From NCBI GenBank assembly GCA_965197475.1, contig CBDANF010000003.1:1952001-2016000 (forward strand): a stretch of DNA of 64,000 bases. Direction: 5' to 3'. Both the position numbers and the translations under genes were made by a program. The DNA comes from Candidatus Poribacteria bacterium. GTDB taxonomy: Bacteria; Poribacteria; WGA-4E; WGA-3G. Numbering within the stretch: the stretch's first letter is position 1; every line of letters begins with the position of its first letter. The notes beneath the pieces were generated by a model that worked only from the letters and a program-made list of their open reading frames with translations, was not told the origin of the DNA and did not search any database. Shown here one piece after another: positions 1-9,709 of the stretch.

Positions 1-2191
1 TGACATTGACATCATTAACCCTCATTGTACCTCCACCTGAACCAGAAATTGTGGAACTACTTCCATTATGTGTTAGTCTGTATCCTAACCGAAGTTCCTT
101 AACTTGATAACCGTTCTTATTCAACCAGTTTATTATTGCTTTTGCTTCCTCATTTTTTCCTGCGTATTTTATCGATTTTTGCGGAGTTAACAAACTTCTG
201 TCAAGGTCTTTTCCTATGTTATCAATTCTTGCTTTAGCAACGATTTTGTCCCAATCCCATAATAGTACTGTACCATCCTCACCCCCGCTATCGAGTATTT
301 TCCCGTCATGTGAAAACACAAGCGTTTCTACCGATTCTGTATGTCCGGATAGCATTCCCAAACTTTTACCTGTTTCTACATCCCATAACTTAATTGGAGT
401 GCTCCACATATCCATTCCAGACCCAATAAGAATGGTACCATCAGGTGAAAATACCAATTCATTTTTAAATCCATCTAAATTACCTGGGATTAAGGTAGGT
501 CCGTCTTCTGATTCTGTGTCTAATTTCCATAAGTGAATACCGTCCCTGCTTACCGTTGCAACCACAGAACTGTCGGGTGAAAATGCCAACGCACTTGTAC
601 CCTTGATATTGGATGGTGTGATATCACGCTGTGTAGAAATATCCCAAACTTGTGGGTTGCGATGTTCACTTATCGCAGCGAGTCTTTTTCCATCAGGTGA
701 GAACATCAACTTCCCCCTGAACATACGTTCTTTTGTGTTAAGTTGGAACAATTCAATTCCGGTATTCAGGTGCCACGCTCGAATTTCTTGGCGACTGCTT
801 CCAGCAAGCATGTTGTCCGGTGAGAATCCAACTGCTGAAGACCAGTTGGCAACTTCCTGCAAAGGAGGGGAAAGTTTTTCGCCTGTCATTATATTGAATA
901 ATTGAAGAGAGTTAGTACCTCCAGCTCTACTATGCATTCCGAATCCAACCGATTTAAACGCAATCATACCTTCGCTACCACAACACGCAAAAAACTTAGC
1001 ATTTGGTGATAACGCGACTGTCTCGGTGGCATCGCTATGTGCAGCAGAGAAGGTAGACAATTCCTGCCGAGTCTTGAGGCTCCATACATCTACAGTGCCA
1101 TTAAAGGCTGCACTCGCGAGGGTCCCACTTTCTGAAAATGCGACTGCTTTTACCCATTCTGTATGTCCAATGGTAAAAGTAGTAAATTCCTCTCCGTTCT
1201 CTGGATTCCAGAAACGGATTGTTCCATCTGCACTGCCACTGGCAAGACACATACCATAAAGAGGTGTTCCCAAAGGTGCAAAGGCTAAGGCATTGATGGT
1301 GTTTTTGTGTCCCATAAGAGTGGCACGTTCTTGTTTTGTGTCTAAATCCCAGAGTTTGATTACCTTACCAGCATCACCACTGGCAAAAGTATTTCCGTCC
1401 TCTGAGAATGCAACAGCGGTAACCCACGCTGCATGTCCTTTTAGCGTCCCAAGTTCGGCGTGGTTTTGGGTATCCCATAATTTCACAGTTTTGTCCTCAC
1501 TTCCGCTGGCAAATAGTTTTCTATCCGGTGAGAACGCTAACGCCAAAATAGCTGTGTCTCTGCCACGCGCATGCCCCTTGAGAGTTCCCAGATGGCTTTT
1601 CGTGGTTGTGTCCCATAGGTGAATTTCTCCGCCTCGGTCTGCCCGAGCAAGATTGTTGCCATCTTGAGAAAAAGCAATCTTATCGGATAAATTATCTATA
1701 TTGGACTCCGATAATTTTTCACCGGTGTCAGCATGCCAATAGGTCATTTCCTGACCTCTATTTATACTGATTAGTGTCCTGCCATAGAATACCAATGCAG
1801 ATAACACTGTGGGACCCCGAGTTAATGTAATCGTTGAGAGGTTGCTTTTAGTTTCTACGTCCCAAATTTGGATAATAGGGTTGTTAAATCCGCCGCTTGC
1901 GAGCATTTTTCCATCTGGCGAGAATGCAAGTGCGTTCACATGCCCTGTATGTCCAGTGAATAAAGCTGTCTCTTTTCCATTTGGTACGTCGTATAGCCAA
2001 ACTCCAACATCCGTACCAACAGCAAGGCGCGTGCCATCCGGTGAAAACTGCATAATATTGATCCCGCCTTTTCCGAGCCGTGCGATTGCACCTTCAGGTA
2101 AACCTACTTGTGTGTTATCTTGGGCAAAACTGGTTGAGAATATCGCTGCCGTAAATAGAATAGTTAGTAATAATGTGTGTCTATATTTCAT
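1..2191 (-). CDS. Signal-peptide WD40-repeat protein, partial (3' end runs off the window)
   Basis: Not in the ORF track because no stop falls in the window. Manual translation from ATG 2191: MKYRHTLLLTILFTAAIFSTSFAQDNTQVGLPEGAIARLGKGG, then repeated GH..V.ALAFSPDG..LASG...I.LWD units; the frame stays open to position 1. Confidence 0.9.
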   Translation of the reverse strand, partial: MKYRHTLLLTILFTAAIFSTSFAQDNTQVGLPEGAIARLGKGGINIMQFSPDGTRLAVGTDVGVWLYDVPNGKETALFTGHTGHVNALAFSPDGKMLASGGFNNPIIQIWDVETKSNLSTITLTRGPTVLSALVFYGRTLISINRGQEMTYWHADTGEKLSESNIDNLSDKIAFSQDGNNLARADRGGEIHLWDTTTKSHLGTLKGHARGRDTAILALAFSPDRKLFASGSEDKTVKLWDTQNHAELGTLKGHAAWVTAVAFSEDGNTFASGDAGKVIKLWDLDTKQERATLMGHKNTINALAFAPLGTPLYGMCLASGSADGTIRFWNPENGEEFTTFTIGHTEWVKAVAFSESGTLASAAFNGTVDVWSLKTRQELSTFSAAHSDATETVALSPNAKFFACCGSEGMIAFKSVGFGMHSRAGGTNSLQLFNIMTGEKLSPPLQEVANWSSAVGFSPDNMLAGSSRQEIRAWHLNTGIELFQLNTKERMFRGKLMFSPDGKRLAAISEHRNPQVWDISTQRDITPSNIKGTSALAFSPDSSVVATVSRDGIHLWKLDTESEDGPTLIPGNLDGFKNELVFSPDGTILIGSGMDMWSTPIKLWDVETGKSLGMLSGHTESVETLVFSHDGKILDSGGEDGTVLLWDWDKIVAKARIDNIGKDLDRSLLTPQKSIKYAGKNEEAKAIINWLNKNGYQVKELRLGYRLTHNGSSSTISGSGGGTMRVNDVNV

Positions 2192-2193
2192 TT

Positions 2194-4328
2194 TCAATTT
2201 CCTTTGTTTTCTTTTGCTTTGGAGATGATTTTTTCCCAGTCCCAGAGGAGAACGGTGCCATCTTGGCTACCACTCGCGAGTATCTTCCTATCGTGTGAAA
2301 ATACTAATGTTTCTATCGGTTGTGAATGTCCTAACAGGATTCCTAATTTACAACCTGAATCTACATCCCATAATTCAATTTCATCATCCCAAGCATCCGA
2401 TTTTGGATCAAGAAGGATTCTTCCATCGGGTGAGAAAAGTAACATGTTACCTCTCCAATCAAATTTTTTAGGACGAATTTCTGTACGTACCTGCATGCCT
2501 GTATGTGTCACACTGCACAAATCAATGCCTTTAATATGTTTGATAGCAAGCAGAGAACTATCAGGTGAAAATGCAATTCCCGTTACCCAATTGATGTCAG
2601 GCGGTGTAATTTTGTGTTGCGTGAAAACATCCCACACTTCTGGCTTAGAACCAGACCCAGACATAGCCAGGAACTTCCCATTAGGTGAAAACATCAATTT
2701 ACTTTCAAATGATGATAACGATTTAATGCGGAACATCTCAAGTCCAGAGTCAATGCTCCACAAACGTATACCTTGACGACGAGTACCGGCAGCAAGTATT
2801 TTTTTATCTGGTGAGAATGCAAGTGAATTCGGTTCCAGTGTAAGAGAGATAAGTTTGTCTCCTGTGGGTAGAAGCCATAGATGCGTTTCTTTATGTGGTT
2901 TTGAAGTCGCACGTGTGTTTCCACTAATTGAACGTACAATAGTATCAGCACCGTGGCTTGCAAAAAGCGTGGCATCCGCCGTGAAAGCAGATGCTTCAGT
3001 TTTATCGTGATGCGCGATCGATGGAATTGGTAGTTGTCGTCCAGTTTTTACATTCCACATTTGCACTGTACCATTAGATGCTGCACTGGCAAGCGTTGTA
3101 TTATCCGTAGTGAATGCCACCGCCTTAACTCCCGACGTATGTTCTGTGGTAAAAATAGATTGTTCTTGCCCAGTATGTGTGTTCCAGAAACGTATTGTAC
3201 CATCCCAACTCCCACTGGCGAGGATATCTTTGTCAACAGGTGAGAACGCTAAGGCTCTAATGCTGCTCTTATGTCCTGTAAGCATAGCCTTCTGTTCTCC
3301 TTTTTGAACATTCCACAAAAGTATTCGGTTAGCTGTTCCACCGCTTGCGAGTATTGTACTGTCGGGTGAAAAAGCCAATGCATCAACCTTTTCCGTATGT
3401 CCCTTAAGAACAGCACGTTCGGTGCTCGTAGTAGTATCCCATAATCGTACAGTATTGTCATCATGTCCTTGCAACAGTTTTCCTGTCCGGTGAAAATGCC
3501 ACTTGCAACAGTTTTCCTGTCCGGTGAAAATGTAAGTGCATTAACCCCTTTTTGAGGTATCCGCTTTTTCCACGACAGTAACGCGAATGGGGTTTTTGCT
3601 TTGAAAATAGCTAGTTGATACCCTGTGACTGCATCCCATAAGCGGATTTTGCCATTTTCTGGATCACCACTTATAAAGGTTTTATTATCATGGGTAAATG
3701 CTATTAGGTCGCGATAATGTTCGCCATAATAGCCATCTTCCAGTGGCTCATTATCAGCACTTCTACCCTTGTGCTTAGTTATAAGTTTACCGTCGGTAAC
3801 ATCCAAATGGTAAATACAGCTGAATTGGTTGGGAGTAATAAGGGTTTTACTATCCTTAGAAAATGTCATCGCTGGCACACCATCACTACTGCTATATAAA
3901 GGTATGTATAAAAGTTCATTACCAGTTTCGATTTCCCACAGACGTATAACTGAGTTTGATGATCCACCGCTTGCGAGTATGCGATTGTCAGGTGAAAACG
4001 CTAAGGAGTCCACTTGCGCGATTGTATGTACATTCCATTCTTCAAGTACTACCGATTCGATTTCATGATTGTTGACACGAGTTGGCTGCGCGGGGAACAA
4101 AGCCTTAGCGTTACGGGTATTCACATCGTATAACCACACCCCGATGCTCGTTCCAACTGCAAGATACTTGCCATCAGACGAAAACTGCATCACATTTATA
4201 CTGCCTTTTCCGAGGCGTGCAATTGCACCTTCTGGCAGACCGCCTTGTGTGTTATCTTGAGCGAAAATAGTTGAAATTGGAACAAGACTCAGAACTATAA
4301 TTGAGATATATGTATATATTCGGCTCAT
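2194..4328 (-). pseudogene. Signal-peptide WD40-repeat protein, frameshifted by an internal duplication
   Basis: ORFs 3249..4328 and 2194..3474 are two halves of one paralog of the 1..2191 gene (same AQDNTQxGLPEGAIARLGKG start and LLWDW end). The frame breaks at the duplication at 3468-3532. Confidence 0.85.
3468..3532. repeat. 31-bp direct duplication (period 34) inside the WD40 gene
   Basis: CTTGCAACAGTTTTCCTGTCCGGTGAAAATG at 3468-3498 and 3502-3532. Confidence 0.95.
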
Positions 4329-4506
4329 TTGTTTTTTCCATATTAGGGAGTAAGATATGCGTATTGAATAGGTAAATACGGTTAGAATTAGACAAAAAAC
4401 TTGAGAAAAAACAGCGTTTGTGAGATACTAATAGTATATACCAAATGTCTCAAAATTTTCCACCACAAAAATTTGAGACATTCAGAGTAAAAAATAGGAA
4501 AAATAT

Positions 4507-4806
4507 ATGGTTGAACATATTGTCTTACTTAAGTTGAAGTCGGATGTCACCTCAGCACAATTAGCTGCTTTACCTGATGCCTTATTGGAAATGGCTAATG
4601 AAATACCCGGTATTGAATCGATTACTGCTGGCACTAACAACAGTCCTGAAGGCAAAAGTCAAGGATATAGTTACGGCTTTATCGTTAGATTTACAGACGA
4701 AGCGGCGCGAGACGCGTATCTTCCGCATCCGTTTCACCGTAAAGTGGCGGGTGAACACATTCGTCCGCTCGTTGAGGATGTTCTTGTTTTTGATTATTCA
4801 GTTTAA
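4507..4806 (+). CDS. Dabb family (stress-responsive A/B barrel) protein
   Basis: MVEHIVLLKLK...IPGI...G.N.SPE...Y..HP.H...V.DY pattern, 99 aa, AGGA RBS. Confidence 0.9.
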   Translation: MVEHIVLLKLKSDVTSAQLAALPDALLEMANEIPGIESITAGTNNSPEGKSQGYSYGFIVRFTDEAARDAYLPHPFHRKVAGEHIRPLVEDVLVFDYSV

Positions 4807-4880
4807 TTAAAAACGATTCAGTGTTGTATAATTTGCAACTAAACTATAATAAATTCCATAAATCTTTTTGGAGGTAATAC

Positions 4881-6272
4881 ATGAGTTGGAACATTGTCGT
4901 TGTTGTTTCAGATACACTTCGGACAGCATATTTAAGCCCCTATGGTAACGATTGGGTACATACACCGAATTTGGCGCGGTTTGCCGATCAGGGTGTCCGA
5001 TTTACAAATGCACATCCTGAATGTTTGCCAACAATTCCGACACGCCGCACCTTACATACAGGTAGACGTGTTTATCCATTTAGTTCTTATAACCCTGTGC
5101 CATGGGATAATGTCTATACCCCCGGTTGGCAGCCGATGTCTTCGGATGAACCGGCAATCGCTGAATCACTTGTCCGAAATGGGTATCACACAGGCTTTTT
5201 CGCGGATGTGCCGCACTATTTTGTGCCGGGAATGAATTTCACACGCGGATTTCGTCAATGGCAGTTTGTCCGAGGACAAGCCGAAGATAGATACCGTGGT
5301 GGCGCGCACGCTGACCCAAGCCAAGTTGCACGATACCGTGGAAATACAGAGCGAGTCCGCTCTCATATCGTTAACGTTCAACCCGAACGTGCGGAGGAAA
5401 CCTGGCCCACCGCGAGATTGTTCCGATCCGCAATCGAATTTGTAGAACACAATCATAATAATACACCATTTTACCTATATGTTGATGGGTTCACGCCGCA
5501 CGAAACATGGGAAGCACCCATCCACTACTACGACCTTTACGGTAGCCGAGAAGATCGGGAACCCATCTGTCTGAACTTGCCCTACGGTTCACTAAATAAT
5601 GAGGAACTTGAAGCTCGCATTCCAAGCGTTAAAGCTAACTATGCTGGTTTGGTCACCCTTGTGGATACATGGTTTGGAAGATTGGTAGATACCATTGATC
5701 GACTCGGATTGCGCGACAACACGTTGATCGTTTTCCTCAGCGACCACGGCACAAACTTCGCAGAGAATCCTGATAAAGCGACTGGAAAACCAGCAAACTT
5801 CATGTACCCCGGCACGATGGATATTCCGCTGATAGTCAGGCATCCATCTGGTGTAAACGGAGGAACAACGTGTGATGAATTCGTCTATACGCTTGATGTG
5901 CCTGCAACTGTTATGGCAGCAAGTCAAGTTGAACCTACAGGTGAAATTCAAGGACAAAGTCTACTTCCCCTCGTTGAAGGCAAAAGTGGATTTACGTCAC
6001 GTGAATACCTGACTTGTCGCTATGTCAACTCTGTTTGGTATAAAGACGCGAAAAACTGGTATTTTTCAAGCGTTGATCTCAATAATGGAACACGTCTCTT
6101 TGATCTTGAGGCGGACCCGACATGTCAGAATAACATCTCGGGTCAAGGTGCCGAACGGATTGCACTTGCACATGAGCGGATTTTAGCTGATGCTGGCGGA
6201 CATTTACCACACTACTATAAACGTCAGGGCAGAACGGATGCGCTCGGCAGACCACAGTTCGCTGAGGAATAG
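4881..6272 (+). CDS. Sulfatase-like hydrolase (alkaline phosphatase superfamily)
   Basis: NIVVVVSDTLR, TPNL, PTIPTRRTLHTGR, FLSDHG, IPLIVRHP, LFDLEADP motifs; GGAGG RBS. Confidence 0.9.
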   Translation: MSWNIVVVVSDTLRTAYLSPYGNDWVHTPNLARFADQGVRFTNAHPECLPTIPTRRTLHTGRRVYPFSSYNPVPWDNVYTPGWQPMSSDEPAIAESLVRNGYHTGFFADVPHYFVPGMNFTRGFRQWQFVRGQAEDRYRGGAHADPSQVARYRGNTERVRSHIVNVQPERAEETWPTARLFRSAIEFVEHNHNNTPFYLYVDGFTPHETWEAPIHYYDLYGSREDREPICLNLPYGSLNNEELEARIPSVKANYAGLVTLVDTWFGRLVDTIDRLGLRDNTLIVFLSDHGTNFAENPDKATGKPANFMYPGTMDIPLIVRHPSGVNGGTTCDEFVYTLDVPATVMAASQVEPTGEIQGQSLLPLVEGKSGFTSREYLTCRYVNSVWYKDAKNWYFSSVDLNNGTRLFDLEADPTCQNNISGQGAERIALAHERILADAGGHLPHYYKRQGRTDALGRPQFAEE

Positions 6273-6421
6273 TCTTTTGGGCAGGGCTTCGGCTCCGCCC
6301 ACGCTATTTTCGTTTGTATCAGCGTTTACATACAAATCATCTATTCATTTGGCAGGCAAATTCAAACGATTGAAGTTTCCGTTTAAGATTTGTACAATTG
6401 CCTATAAAGGCTTTTGATGAT

Positions 6422-8266
6422 ATGAAATTTCACTATTCCCAACTTAGCCATCACCTATATATCCATCACGGGCATGTCAATACCGGCATTCTTCGCGATG
6501 GACACCGCGCTCTTCTCATTGATCCGAGTGGCACATCACTTCAAACAACACTTGCCAAACTGGGAATTACCAACATAGAGCAAATTCTATATACACACCA
6601 CCATCGAGACAATACAGCGGGATTCCCGATTCCAGAAAATGTCCGTATCGGCGTTCCAGAGGCTGAGGCGCAGTGGTTTACGGAGGTAGAACCCTTTTGG
6701 AACGATCCAAAATACCGATGGCATCTCTACAATTGCCACCCACACAATCTCATGCTTGTCAATTCTATCCATGTGACAGATACTTATACCGAAGGCGCGC
6801 AGATTGAGTGGGGACCGGCATCCATAAAAGTGCTTGAAACACATGGACATACCGATGGGAGTGTCACCTATCTCGTTGATGTTGACGAACAGCGTTTCGC
6901 TTTTTCGGGCGATCTCATTTATGACGAAGGTAAAATATGGGAGCTCTATAGTTTACAAAAAGGACAACAGACTACCGACTATCACGGATTTCTTGGCGCG
7001 CGAGATGAGCTAAAAGAAAGTCTTGAGAAGGTTCGCGAGTTATCGCCAACGGCACTTATTCCTACACACGGTGTTGTCATAAAAAATCCTGACGCTGCGA
7101 TTGACAAACTATTTGAGCGATTGACGTATTGTTATGATAAATATGTGCCAATCTCTGCCCTCCGCCACTATTTTCCGAAACTTTTTACCGAATTTGAAGG
7201 ACGCGCTGACCACATGCCTATCCGAGCAGGCAAGCCTCCACCTGATTTCTTGCGCCACTTTGGCACAACATGGTTGATTATATCCAAAACTAAAGAGGCT
7301 TTCGTGATGGATTGCGGTTCACCGAATGTGACAAAACAGATTCAGCAGCTGCAAGCAGACGGTGAAATTTCTGAGGTGACACAGTTCTGGGTGACCCATT
7401 ACCACGATGACCACGTTAATGCTATCCCCGAATTCCAGGACACCTTTCCGTGTGAAACGATAACCGATGCGATTGTTGCTAAAGTAATCACGAATCCAAA
7501 GGCTTTTCGACTCCCTTGTATTTCTCCTGCTGTTACACGAGTGGATCGCGCCACTCATGACGGCGACTCATGGCAGTGGAATGAATTCACGATGACCGCC
7601 TATCATTTTCCGGGACAAACCTATTATCACGGTGGATTGCTTGTTGAGGGACGCGGGACACGGATGTTTTTTGCTGGTGATTCCCTTACAATGGCTGGGA
7701 TTGACAACTACTGTTCAGGCAATCGGAATCTTCTTGGCAAAGATGTCGGTTACGAAAATTGCCTGCGGCGCATTCAACAACTTAAGCCAACCCATATTTT
7801 TAACTGCCATGTCGATCCAGCATTTGACTTTACCGATAAAGAGATCGCCTTTATGTTAGACACCCTTGCTGAACGGGAAAAATGTTATACCGATCTCTTT
7901 CCTTGGGATCACGCAAACTACGGCATGGATGATCAGTGGGTGCGATGTTATCCTTATGAACAGGAAGTTGCTCCTGGTGAAACGGCAGCGTTGCAGGTTG
8001 AGATAACAAACCATTCACTTAAGCCTTGCACGGCAATTGCACAACCTATTCTGCCTGAATCATGGAATGCTGAGATTTCCTCTGCGGAGACAATTATTCC
8101 ACCGAAAGCGGATGGACACATCCAGTTTTCTATTCCGATACCCAAAGTAAAATCCATCTCTGGCAGCAAATCTTCAGAACGGATTGTAATCCCTGTCAAC
8201 ATGACTTATGACGACAAACCATTGGGACAATTTCGTGAAGCGATCTTTGTTCTCACGAGAGGTTAA
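6422..8266 (+). CDS. Tandem two-domain metallo-beta-lactamase-fold hydrolase
   Basis: Two MBL modules (THHHRDN...GHT...FSGD...PTHG and THYHDDH...PGQT...FAGD...NCH) plus a C-terminal Ig-like tail. ATG 6422 preferred over TTG 6398. Confidence 0.85.
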   Translation: MKFHYSQLSHHLYIHHGHVNTGILRDGHRALLIDPSGTSLQTTLAKLGITNIEQILYTHHHRDNTAGFPIPENVRIGVPEAEAQWFTEVEPFWNDPKYRWHLYNCHPHNLMLVNSIHVTDTYTEGAQIEWGPASIKVLETHGHTDGSVTYLVDVDEQRFAFSGDLIYDEGKIWELYSLQKGQQTTDYHGFLGARDELKESLEKVRELSPTALIPTHGVVIKNPDAAIDKLFERLTYCYDKYVPISALRHYFPKLFTEFEGRADHMPIRAGKPPPDFLRHFGTTWLIISKTKEAFVMDCGSPNVTKQIQQLQADGEISEVTQFWVTHYHDDHVNAIPEFQDTFPCETITDAIVAKVITNPKAFRLPCISPAVTRVDRATHDGDSWQWNEFTMTAYHFPGQTYYHGGLLVEGRGTRMFFAGDSLTMAGIDNYCSGNRNLLGKDVGYENCLRRIQQLKPTHIFNCHVDPAFDFTDKEIAFMLDTLAEREKCYTDLFPWDHANYGMDDQWVRCYPYEQEVAPGETAALQVEITNHSLKPCTAIAQPILPESWNAEISSAETIIPPKADGHIQFSIPIPKVKSISGSKSSERIVIPVNMTYDDKPLGQFREAIFVLTRG

Positions 8267-8270
8267 AATT

Positions 8271-8690
8271 TTGCTAAACTTATCCCATTCAACAGTTGAC
8301 ATCGCTATAACGTGTAGCAACTTTGAGGAGTCGTTAGACTTCTACCACAACAAATTGGGTTTTGAGATCGTGTTGGACCTTGAGATTCCGGACGCATTAG
8401 CGCAAAATGTGGGACTTGCGCCAACAGGATTTCGACAAGTGCGCCTAAAGGCAGGCAATACGCTTATCAAGCTGATGGATATAGAATCGCCACCGCCGAC
8501 ACCAGCAAACAAATTCTCTGCAGGTGTTCGTTGGCTTACCTTTTTTGTAGTGGATATTCAGCAAACTATCGAAAACTTGAAACAGAACGGTGTGGAATTT
8601 CTTTCTGAACCCGTAAGCGCACCGGACGCTGCTGGCGTGGTGTGCGCAAAAGACCCTGACAGCATTCTAATTGAACTTGTGCAGATATGA
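8271..8690 (+). CDS. VOC/glyoxalase family protein
   Basis: IAITCSNFEESLDFY..KLGF and DPDSILIELVQ motifs; TTG start 8271 after GAGG. Confidence 0.85.
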   Translation: MLNLSHSTVDIAITCSNFEESLDFYHNKLGFEIVLDLEIPDALAQNVGLAPTGFRQVRLKAGNTLIKLMDIESPPPTPANKFSAGVRWLTFFVVDIQQTIENLKQNGVEFLSEPVSAPDAAGVVCAKDPDSILIELVQI

Positions 8691-8799
8691 TACTAAATTA
8701 CTTTAAATCATAGGGTAGGTCCCTGTGCCCGCCCATGTTCTACCTGCAAAAAAACTGTAAGAATCAGTCTAATTCGGTGGCGTAAAAAGGAATAGAATA

Positions 8800-9357
8800 A
8801 TGCGTAAGTTTAAACTCTTAACCCCATTTTTTATCGTTCTTGTCCTGATGATGAGCGGTACTAAACCGACAACCGAAGTGCCCAAACCGAAGGAAGTTGA
8901 ACTCCACGGTAAAATCGTCTGCTTAGCGGAAGAGATGCACACGCACTACAAAGTTGAACTCTCTGGAGAGCATGAACATCTATACGGAGTTAAGACCAAG
9001 GATGGTAAATACTACATCCCTCATCGCCGCCGATGATGACGTTTCTATTCCAAAGTTAAGACCAAGGATGGTAAATACTACACCCTACTGCGGACATCAT
9101 TATCTGAGGCACTTTTTGTTGATAAACGACTGCATGAGAAAGACTTGATTATCAAAGGTCGTGTCTTTCCAAAAACACAATTGCTGGAGGTTATCCGTAT
9201 TCGGTCAATCCGTGATGATGTTGTTCATGAACTCTATTACTACTGCGACACATGTTATATTCGCACAGTTGCGCCGGGAAATTGTGATTGTTGCCAGGCA
9301 CCGGTTGTGCTGATTGAGAAACCGCTCAATGTTGATTCCTTAATCCCGTCCCCTTAG
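8800..9357 (+). pseudogene. Secreted Cys-rich (CxxC/CxCC) hypothetical protein interrupted by an in-frame 66-nt insertion carrying two stops
   Basis: ORFs 8800..9036 and 9145..9357 share a frame. Removing one repeat plus spacer (66 nt) gives the continuous read VKTKDGKYY-TLLRTSLSEALFVDKRLHEKDLIIKGR...YYYCDTC...GNCDCCQ. Confidence 0.85.
8988..9082. repeat. 29-bp perfect direct repeat flanking a 37-bp unique insert (period 66)
   Basis: AGTTAAGACCAAGGATGGTAAATACTACA at 8988-9016 and 9054-9082; insert at 9017-9053. Confidence 0.95.
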
Positions 9358-9664
9358 GTGTGTAAATATTTTGTCACATAGGTTTAATTTATGAAGAATC
9401 CTCCGCCTTTAACTGTAGGACGGGTCTATCATTAAAAGGGATAGACCAATCTACGGAAACACGATCCTCCGCCTTTAACTGTAGGGCGGGGTCCCTGTGC
9501 CCCGCCATGTGTCAGGCAACGGGCGGGCACAGGGACCCGCCAAATCATGTAGAATCATGTAGAATCATGTAGAATGCCATACGCGCATTCTACCACGCGC
9601 ATTTGGCGTTGATTTGGCCCCACAATAAGAGATGGACAGTTTTTGTCAAAAACTTTACACACCC
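9356..9664. mobile_element. MITE with ISKra4-type ends carrying GTAG REP hairpins
   Basis: Ends AGGTGTGTAAATATTTTGTCA / TGTCAAAAACTTTACACACCC match the TIRs at 18028 and 21571. Flanks GTCCCCTT / GTCCCTTT match 7 of 8 (TSD). Internal REP pair at 9481-9541 and AATCATGTAG x3. Confidence 0.85.
9398..9490. repeat. 27-bp direct repeat (1 mismatch) flanking a 39-bp unique insert (period 66)
   Basis: ATCCTCCGCCTTTAACTGTAGG(A/G)CGGG at 9398-9424 and 9464-9490. Confidence 0.9.
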
Positions 9665-9679
9665 GTCCCTTTAATACAT

Positions 9680-9709
9680 TTGCATGTTGCCAAAAGGTTA
9701 TGTTATAAT
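9680..9709 (+). promoter_or_regulatory. Sigma70-type promoter with extended -10, upstream of the STAS gene
   Basis: TTGCAT-18-TATAAT with TGn before the -10. Confidence 0.55.

Noticed and set aside
216-2776. Series of plus-strand ORFs with repeated PSGEN motifs
   Set aside because: Antisense shadows of the FSPDG WD40 repeats on the minus strand.
4444-4482. Inverted repeat AATGTCTCAAA/TTTGAGACATT as a mobile element
   Set aside because: Single copy with no TSD; more simply an operator or leader hairpin between divergent genes.
9034-9039. TGA TGA as selenocysteine or readthrough codons
   Set aside because: The stops lie inside the inserted segment, and removing the insert restores the gene.
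8988-9490. A true CRISPR array
   Set aside because: Each repeat occurs only twice, the two repeats are unrelated, one is ordinary coding sequence, and no leader or cas gene is present.
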